Assembly (NCBI GenBank): GCA_963676565.1
Contig: OY781089.1
Location: forward strand, 704,001 to 768,000
From: Halarcobacter sp.
GTDB lineage: Bacteria; Campylobacterota; Campylobacteria; Campylobacterales; Arcobacteraceae
Length of the DNA stretch: 64,000 nucleotides
Direction of reading: 5' to 3'
Both the position numbers and the translations under genes were made by a program. Each line of letters begins with the position of its first letter. Within the stretch, counting starts at the first letter, position 1. Under the pieces are notes generated by a model. That model was not told the origin of the DNA, did not search any database, and was given only the letters and a program-made list of their open reading frames with translations. Positions 57,599 through 64,000 of this stretch are shown in pieces.

Positions 57599-57952
57599 GT
57601 GGAGATTCAACCTCTGGGGTGTAGGTTTGACAAATCAATAAAAGCAGGAGAAAATTGGTTTATATTTGTATTCTTAGGTTCAGGAAAAAACTTCCAAGAA
57701 ATTACAATTGAAAATGATATATACAAAAAAATTGAAACATCCTTTGATGAAAACAAAGAGATGATGCCAGAGTTCAAAGATTTTGTTAAAGACTGTAAGA
57801 AGTTATGTAAAGATATACCTTCTTCTGAACTACTTCAAAAATTATATGAAGAAGACAATAGAAATTCAGAGTATTTAGATTTAGAGACTTTTTTCAAAAA
57901 AGGTAGTGAATTAATTCAAAATATAGAAATGATTATTTTGCAGATAGTTTAA
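57599..57952 (+). CDS. Hypothetical protein or gene remnant
   Basis: 117 aa ORF, GTG start with no clear RBS. Confidence 0.4.
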   Translation: MEIQPLGCRFDKSIKAGENWFIFVFLGSGKNFQEITIENDIYKKIETSFDENKEMMPEFKDFVKDCKKLCKDIPSSELLQKLYEEDNRNSEYLDLETFFKKGSELIQNIEMIILQIV

Positions 57953-58102
57953 TACAACAAGATATATTGAAAGAAAAAGAGAATATACTTTTATTTCAAT
58001 TGTTATCAATGTATTTAATTTCACTTTATAGAGTGTCAATTAAATAATTATTTAATAACTAAATAGATAAAATCATTATTTGTTAATAGTTTAAGGATAT
58101 AT

Positions 58103-58654
58103 ATGAAATTTATCGAACCTTTACGTTTAATTAAGGCAAATGATTTACCTTTTAAATATTGGCTATTATTTACTATTCTTGCTGGACAATCAGGAATAAT
58201 ATTAAATATAATTATAGGTGTATATAGAGATAATGAAAGTATTTGGTGTATATTAGAAGATAGTTATTTGAATGGTGAGTTCTATACGTATTCAATTGCT
58301 TTACTTTCTTCAATGATTGGGTTAGTATTTCTTGATTTAATTTCTGCAGACAGTCAACATTTTAGACAAATTAAATTAAATACAATAATTATTGGCGCAC
58401 TATTGCTTGGATTTTCTGCTGTTACTTATCCATTTATGTCAAAGGGCGATTTGGAGTGGACACAATTAGTAATATATATACTTTCAATATCTTTAGCAAT
58501 ATATTTTTATGCACTTCTTAAATTAGAAGAAAATCATAAAAAGTTTGAACATTTGTATGATATTGATTATAGTAAAGCAGATGATGATACAGTTGATAAT
58601 ATTAAAAAAAGTGCGGAAACTACTAATACAGATAAAAAAGGAAATAAACTATGA
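58103..58654 (+). CDS. Hypothetical protein with about 4 TM helices
   Basis: AAGGA RBS, four hydrophobic stretches, charged C-terminal tail; ATGA overlap with the next gene. Confidence 0.8.
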   Translation: MKFIEPLRLIKANDLPFKYWLLFTILAGQSGIILNIIIGVYRDNESIWCILEDSYLNGEFYTYSIALLSSMIGLVFLDLISADSQHFRQIKLNTIIIGALLLGFSAVTYPFMSKGDLEWTQLVIYILSISLAIYFYALLKLEENHKKFEHLYDIDYSKADDDTVDNIKKSAETTNTDKKGNKL

Positions 58655-59709
58655 TTTTAGATTTTTTAGAAATTAATCAACCAATTGGAACATTTTATTT
58701 ATCTAAAATGTCTGCATCTAATATTAGTAAACTTACACAAGTAAATCAACGTTCAGATGAAAATGGTACAAGTGTCCAAAGAGAAGATTCTGAAAAGAGA
58801 ATAAAAGAAATATCAGCATATAGTAGTGATCCTGATGCTACATTCCCAACTCCAATTATTATTAGTATTTATGATAACTCAAATGTAGAAATAAAAGACG
58901 GTAAAATTGTTGTTCATAATGAAAATGAAAAAATTGGAGAAATTTTAGATGGACAACATAGAATTAGAGGATTAGAAAATTCATTATTTATAAGTGAGTT
59001 TGAAATGCCTATAATTCTTATGTTTAATTTAACTGAAGAAGAAAAAGCTTATGTTTTTTCAATTATTAACAGTAAACAGACTAAAGTTTCAATGTCATTA
59101 ATATATGATTTATTTGCACTTTCTAAAAAAAGAAGTCCTCAAAAAACAATGCATGAAATTGCAAGAACATTTAACAATGATAAGAATTCACCATATTATA
59201 ATAGGTTAAAAATGTTAGGTAAAAAAGAAGAAGGACAAGATTTAGCATCTTTATCTCAAGGTACTTTTGTTAATTATATAATTAAGCTAATTTCTAAAAA
59301 ACCTGATGAAGATATGCGAAAAATAAAAAGAGAAGAACCTCTTACCATTTATAATGATTTACCATTAAGAGAATATTTTATAAATGAAGATGATGAGATA
59401 ATTTATAAAATATTATTGAATTGTTTTAATGGATTATCAAAAGTCTTTATAGAAGAATGGCTTAATCCTGATACTTATATTTTAAGTAAAACTACAGGAT
59501 TTGGTGCAGTTATTAAATCCTTCAATAAATTGTATCTAATAGGGGATGAACAAAATGATTTATCTGAGGAATTCTTTATAAATTGTTTTAGAAAGTTAGA
59601 ACTTAAATTAAAAGAGAATAATCAAAAATTAACTTCGGAATATTTCCCTTCAAGTGAACATACACAGTCTAAGTTGTCAAAACTAATCATTGAATCTGTG
59701 ACTTCATAA
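58651..59709 (+). CDS. DGQHR-domain protein (DndB/ParB-like)
   Basis: VQR, TFPTPIII, ILDGQHR, FSIINSKQTKV. Confidence 0.92.
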   Translation: MILDFLEINQPIGTFYLSKMSASNISKLTQVNQRSDENGTSVQREDSEKRIKEISAYSSDPDATFPTPIIISIYDNSNVEIKDGKIVVHNENEKIGEILDGQHRIRGLENSLFISEFEMPIILMFNLTEEEKAYVFSIINSKQTKVSMSLIYDLFALSKKRSPQKTMHEIARTFNNDKNSPYYNRLKMLGKKEEGQDLASLSQGTFVNYIIKLISKKPDEDMRKIKREEPLTIYNDLPLREYFINEDDEIIYKILLNCFNGLSKVFIEEWLNPDTYILSKTTGFGAVIKSFNKLYLIGDEQNDLSEEFFINCFRKLELKLKENNQKLTSEYFPSSEHTQSKLSKLIIESVTS

Positions 59710-59820
59710 GTGTTCCAATAATGTTCCAAAATTAACTATAAATAATTGGTTTTTTAGAATTATATAATTTCAAGAAGTCTTTATTTATGGTTATATGTAG
59801 TTATCCTTGGTAAATATATC

Positions 59821-59842
59821 CGAATCCTACCAGGGGTGCCAT
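59821..59842 (+). repeat. attR-like copy of the tRNA-Arg 3' end
   Basis: 20/22 match to 57445-57466. Confidence 0.85.
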
Positions 59843-59981
59843 TTTATAATTACTTTTAAACTAACTAAAATCAAAACAGAAATTAGATACTATTTAACAA
59901 AAAATTAAGATAAAAAATATATGAATTTAACTCAAAGAATTAAAGAAACAAAACAATTATTAAAAGCAGCGTAAAATAGTC

Positions 59982-60842
59982 ATGGCTAAAAGTGATTGGA
60001 TAGAAGTTGTTGAAATATTTAATACAAAACGTAAATCATATCTTGATGATTTTCTTACTTCAAGTGATAGGTTTTGTCCTAGTTCTAATCATTTAAATAT
60101 TTTTGACAATAATCACAATGCATTTAGTTCTAAGTTACTTAATAAACCAAAGCCGGGTAATTGGATACCACTTTATCAAAGAGAAGAACTATCTGATTAT
60201 TTAGTAGAAAATAATTTAATGCCAATACGATGTGGACAAGGAGAATTCTTTTTTTTCAAAGGAGATATATTTTATAATTTAAATGAACTTATATATTCAA
60301 GTATTGATATTAAAAACTTATCTCAAACAGACAGTTTTGTTCCTTTAACATTGAAGAATTTTCATAAGAATGAAAATGCTTATTTAAATAAGGCATTAGC
60401 AATTGGAATAATTAATGATTTTGTTGATAATGATAATATGACTGTTTTTCAGCAGCAATTATCTTATAGAAGATTATTATATGGACAATTTGGAAAGATT
60501 AAAACAAATTTTGATTTAGAATTCAAAACTAGCTTCGGAATTAAAAAAATAAATAAGGGTTTTCAATTTGAAATAGATTTAGTACTAGAAAATGAAGATG
60601 AAATTATAATTTTTGAAGCTAAACAAGGACTAAAAGCAAGAAAAACACTTGCACTGTTGCAATTATATTATCCATTGATTTATTTAAATATGATTACTAA
60701 TAATAAGAAGAAAATAAGAACTATATTTATTGATATAATTTCACATAAATCTAAAAATGAAGTTTACAAATTAGTCGAATTTAATTTTGAGAATTTTGAG
60801 TTTGATAATTGTAAAGTGATTAAGAGTTGCGAATATAGTTAA
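59982..60842 (+). CDS. PD-(D/E)xK nuclease-like protein (restriction-endonuclease type)
   Basis: FEIDLVLENEDEIIIFEAK followed by QLYYP. Confidence 0.65.
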   Translation: MAKSDWIEVVEIFNTKRKSYLDDFLTSSDRFCPSSNHLNIFDNNHNAFSSKLLNKPKPGNWIPLYQREELSDYLVENNLMPIRCGQGEFFFFKGDIFYNLNELIYSSIDIKNLSQTDSFVPLTLKNFHKNENAYLNKALAIGIINDFVDNDNMTVFQQQLSYRRLLYGQFGKIKTNFDLEFKTSFGIKKINKGFQFEIDLVLENEDEIIIFEAKQGLKARKTLALLQLYYPLIYLNMITNNKKKIRTIFIDIISHKSKNEVYKLVEFNFENFEFDNCKVIKSCEYS

Positions 60843-60998
60843 TTATCAAAATTTTATATTTACAACTTTTGACTTTTTTAAGTCTATTAGAGTCAATTTT
60901 ATTTTTTTAACTATACAAATAACCAATTTAAAGATTCATATATACTTTTAAACAAAAAATAATTCTTAAAATAATAAAATAACTCCAAAGGAATAAGT

Positions 60999-61571
60999 AT
61001 GATTAAATATATAAAATATGGATTTTTGACTCTTATCGTAGGAGTCATATTTAGTGGTTGTGTAGCAAAGCCTAAGATTGCCCTTGAATATAGACCTGCT
61101 TCTGTTTTAGAACTTGAGGGTAAAGTAAGTGTAAATGATTTTGGATATCTTCCAAAAGAAGGTGTAACTCAAAAACAAATACCTAACACAGCATTAGGAG
61201 AAGGGTTATTTCTAGATGACCCCATAGGTGTGTTTTTTGCAAATGCAGTAAGAAGAGAATTTAGACAGTCAGGATTATCTATTAAAACAGGTTCATGCGA
61301 ACTTGATGGAGAGGTAAATGAATTATTAATTGATGATTTAGGATTTACAGTAGATTTAATCACTGATGTTAGATATATTTTATACAACAAAGATAAAAAA
61401 GTATTAATGGACAATACATATAATACAAAGCTTGATGGCTTATCAAAATTTGTGCAAGCATCTGTACTTTTTCAAAATTTAAATAAAATGTTTTCAAAAA
61501 ATATTGAGTCATTTATGAAAGATCCTCTATTTGTTAAATCATTAGAAAAAGAATGTTCAGAAAATAATTAG
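60999..61571 (+). CDS. Lipoprotein of unknown function
   Basis: Lipobox FSGC after a signal peptide. Confidence 0.8.
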   Translation: MIKYIKYGFLTLIVGVIFSGCVAKPKIALEYRPASVLELEGKVSVNDFGYLPKEGVTQKQIPNTALGEGLFLDDPIGVFFANAVRREFRQSGLSIKTGSCELDGEVNELLIDDLGFTVDLITDVRYILYNKDKKVLMDNTYNTKLDGLSKFVQASVLFQNLNKMFSKNIESFMKDPLFVKSLEKECSENN

Positions 61572-61581
61572 GAGAGTATTT

Positions 61582-61607
61582 GAATAATAAGATTAGTCTT
61601 ATTATTC
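61582..61607 (+). terminator. Hairpin after the lipoprotein gene
   Basis: GAATAATAAGA-ttag-TCTTATTATTC. Confidence 0.5.
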
Positions 61608-61709
61608 CCCTCTTCAACTCTAGTTTATTAAATTCCCACTTTATTATGTATTTAGAATATATTCTAAAAATAACTAATAAATAATCATTTTTTATAGTAT
61701 AATGAAATC

Positions 61710-63338
61710 ATGGTATTTAATATATTAGTTATAGATGATGAATTTTCATCAAGAAACTTTTCTTTTATTACAGATAGTCTAGACAATACTAAAATAAGTA
61801 TCTTAAGTGACTATAGCACTCTTAGTGCAGTTTTAAAAGAAGAAGCTATTCATATGATTATCATCAATCCTAATATCTTTTCTTTAGAAGAATTTAAAGA
61901 AATCATTGAAGAAAATAACTTAGATTATACTACAAATCCTATCTTGGTAATAACCAAAAAAAAAGATTTAAAAGTTGACTTTGATTTTATCTATGATTAT
62001 ATCAATTTTGAGATGTCTCAAGAACTGATTATTCGAAAAATACGATTTTGTAAAGAGCTTTTTGAGAGAGAACTTAATTATCAAACAAGCATAAATAAAC
62101 TTTTATATACAGATTCCTTGACCCAATTACCAAATCGTGTAAAACTAATAAAAGATTTACAAAATGGTTCTTTTCATATAGATGCCCTTGCCATAATTGA
62201 TATAAAAAACTTTAGAGGAATAAATGATTTTTTTGGTATTAGAATAGGTGACAAGGTTTTAAAACATACAAAAGAACTACTAACAAAATATATAGAATTG
62301 GTAAACAATCGTGCAGTCTTATATAAGTTTCCTTCAGATGTTTTTTGTTTAGCAAATAATGGATTATCAACAAAAGAGTTTCAAGATTTAGTTTTTTATA
62401 TGTTAAGCGGTATAAATCATCAAATCATAAAAGAACATGAATATGAAATAGACATCGACGCAGTTGCTGGTATAACCTTTTCCAAAAAAAAGAACAAACT
62501 TATTACTGCTGATTTAGCTCTTCAAAAAGCAAAATTAGAAAATAAACTATATCTTGTATTTTATGAAAAACTTGACAATCTAGTAGAATATGAAAACAAT
62601 ATGTATTGGACAAAAAAGTTAAAAAAGGCATTGCTTGATGATGATATTATTGTTTATTTCCAACCCATTTTAGATAACCATACAAAAAAGGTTGAGAAAT
62701 ATGAAGTTTTAGTAAGACTATATGATAAAGAAAAAGATGAGGTTGTCCTTCCTTATCGCTTTTTAGAGATATCAAAAAAAGCATGCTTATATAAAGATAT
62801 TACAAAAAATGTGATTGAAAAGTCTTTCAAAGAGTTTGAAAATCTTGATTATGAATTTTCAATAAATATTTCATATGAGGATATAAATGACCCAACATTT
62901 TTGATATATGTTGAAGAGATGTTAAAAAAATATCAAGTATCCAAAAGATTGACTTGGGAGATTCTAGAAGACGAAAATATAAAAAACTATGATGTTTTGA
63001 TATGTTTTATTAAAGCAGTTAAAAAGCTTGGTTGTAAAGTTGCCATTGATGATTTTGGTACGGGATATTCTAATTTTGAGCATCTATTAAATATGGATGT
63101 TGACTGTCTAAAAATAGATGCTTCTCTTGTAAAAAATATCGTGAAAGATAAAATAAGTTACAAAATTGTAGAAACAATAATAAAATTTGCAAAAAATCTA
63201 AATCTAAAAACTGTTGCTGAATTTGTGGAAAGTAAAGAGATTTTTGACTTAGTAAATAAATTAGATGTTGACTTTTCTCAAGGTAACTACATTAGCGAAC
63301 CTATAGAAAAGCCAAATTTCAAAGAGGATTTTATCTAA
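61710..63338 (+). CDS. Receiver-like/GGDEF(degenerate)/EAL protein, probable phosphodiesterase
   Basis: ILVIDDE N-terminus, PSDVF in place of GGDEF, EVLVR and DDFGTG. Confidence 0.87.
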   Translation: MVFNILVIDDEFSSRNFSFITDSLDNTKISILSDYSTLSAVLKEEAIHMIIINPNIFSLEEFKEIIEENNLDYTTNPILVITKKKDLKVDFDFIYDYINFEMSQELIIRKIRFCKELFERELNYQTSINKLLYTDSLTQLPNRVKLIKDLQNGSFHIDALAIIDIKNFRGINDFFGIRIGDKVLKHTKELLTKYIELVNNRAVLYKFPSDVFCLANNGLSTKEFQDLVFYMLSGINHQIIKEHEYEIDIDAVAGITFSKKKNKLITADLALQKAKLENKLYLVFYEKLDNLVEYENNMYWTKKLKKALLDDDIIVYFQPILDNHTKKVEKYEVLVRLYDKEKDEVVLPYRFLEISKKACLYKDITKNVIEKSFKEFENLDYEFSINISYEDINDPTFLIYVEEMLKKYQVSKRLTWEILEDENIKNYDVLICFIKAVKKLGCKVAIDDFGTGYSNFEHLLNMDVDCLKIDASLVKNIVKDKISYKIVETIIKFAKNLNLKTVAEFVESKEIFDLVNKLDVDFSQGNYISEPIEKPNFKEDFI

Positions 63339-63606
63339 GAAGACCATATCTTCTATGATGGTTTTTCTCTCTTATTCTTTTTATTTTGTGAAAGTATCTA
63401 TTGTTTTTTTGCTCTAATGCTTGTATCTTCTCCCAAAGTTTTTGAATTTTTATTTCATTGTGTCTGATTTTTTGTCTAAAGTCTGAGATTCTTTCTTTTT
63501 TTGGATTGACTTTTATAAAGTTGTCATAGTATCTATCAAATTGTTTTGCATTTAAACTTAATACACCTAAACTCATAATCAAACCTACAGCTAATAACTT
63601 TTTCAT
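63331..63606 (-). CDS. Small exported hypothetical protein
   Basis: Signal peptide MKKLLAVGLIMSLGVLSLNA, AAGGAG RBS. Confidence 0.7.
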   Translation of the reverse strand: MKKLLAVGLIMSLGVLSLNAKQFDRYYDNFIKVNPKKERISDFRQKIRHNEIKIQKLWEKIQALEQKNNRYFHKIKRIREKNHHRRYGLLR

Positions 63607-63668
63607 TTTTTACTCCTTAAAGTTTATATGTGAAAGTTTAAGAACAAAAAGTGAAACTATCGTGAATA

Positions 63669-64000
63669 CTAACTTTTAGGAATCCTAATAGAAAAAACAG
63701 CACCATATTTATTATTTGATGCTTCTAGGTTTCCATTACAATGTTTATTTATAATTGTTCTACTCATATGTAGACCAAGTCCTGTGCCATCTCTATTTTT
63801 TTTAGTAGAAAAATATGCTTCAAAAATCTTATCAATTAACTCTTCTTTTATCCCACCTGCATTGTCATTTATTGTTAGGAGTATATAATTGTCTTCTTCT
63901 TTTGTCTCTATGAAGATTTTTTTATCTTCTATTTTTCTCTCTATTAATACATCTTCTGCATTTTTTAATATATTTAATATCACTTGTTTTACTTCATTTT
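63669..64000 (-). CDS. Sensor histidine kinase, HATPase C-terminus (runs off the window edge)
   Basis: NILKNA, DNAGG, FEAYFSTK, GTGLGL. Confidence 0.88.
   Translation of the reverse strand, partial: NEVKQVILNILKNAEDVLIERKIEDKKIFIETKEEDNYILLTINDNAGGIKEELIDKIFEAYFSTKKNRDGTGLGLHMSRTIINKHCNGNLEASNNKYGAVFSIRIPKS

Larger units (their letters stand above)
57445..59842. mobile_element. tRNA-Arg-anchored genomic islet (about 2.4 kb) with att-like direct repeats and no integrase
   Basis: CGAATCTTACCAGGCGTGCCAT (57445-57466) versus CGAATCCTACCAGGGGTGCCAT (59821-59842), 20/22 identical. Confidence 0.8.

Noticed and set aside
58651..59709. Phosphorothioation (dnd) or dpd cluster
   Set aside because: No dndA/C/D/E or dpdA/C genes in the window
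59703..59730. Minus-strand TTGGAACA sequences as sigma-54 promoters
   Set aside because: No GC at the -12 position in either copy
59921..59974. 17 aa ORF before the nuclease gene
   Set aside because: No RBS and too short to support

Overview
AT-rich (roughly 28% GC by eye) chromosomal window that reads as Arcobacteraceae (Campylobacterota), judged from gene content and epsilon-type sigma-54 sites. Positions 1-45.6 kb hold a dispersed Mo-nitrogenase cluster: 3' end of nifE, nifN, nifX, DUF269, flavodoxin, nifW, nifZ, ferredoxins, an embedded rpoN, nifH-orf-nifD-nifK, modEABC, nifT, nifA and a SIR2-like/clpX/GNAT/ferredoxin operon. Seven + strand sigma-54 (-24/-12) sites of the form GGAAYA-N6-GCA precede nif-linked genes. 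The cluster is interrupted by a Fur-boxed TonB/hemP iron-uptake locus, c-di-GMP genes and a few other inserts. Housekeeping genes follow (SRP RNA, hom, rlmB, rsmI, rpmE, miaA, mqnP). Next comes tRNA-Arg(TCG), carrying a 2.4 kb integrase-less islet bounded by a duplicated tRNA 3' end. The islet encodes a 4-TM protein coupled to a DGQHR protein and is followed by an orphan PD-(D/E)xK nuclease. Best leads: the TM+DGQHR candidate defence pair, a sigma-54 small-protein/sRNA cassette missed by the ORF track, a repeated GGA-hairpin leader motif, hemP with a downstream direct repeat, and several apparently inactive enzyme homologues among the nif genes. All calls come from reading motifs by eye; no searches were run.
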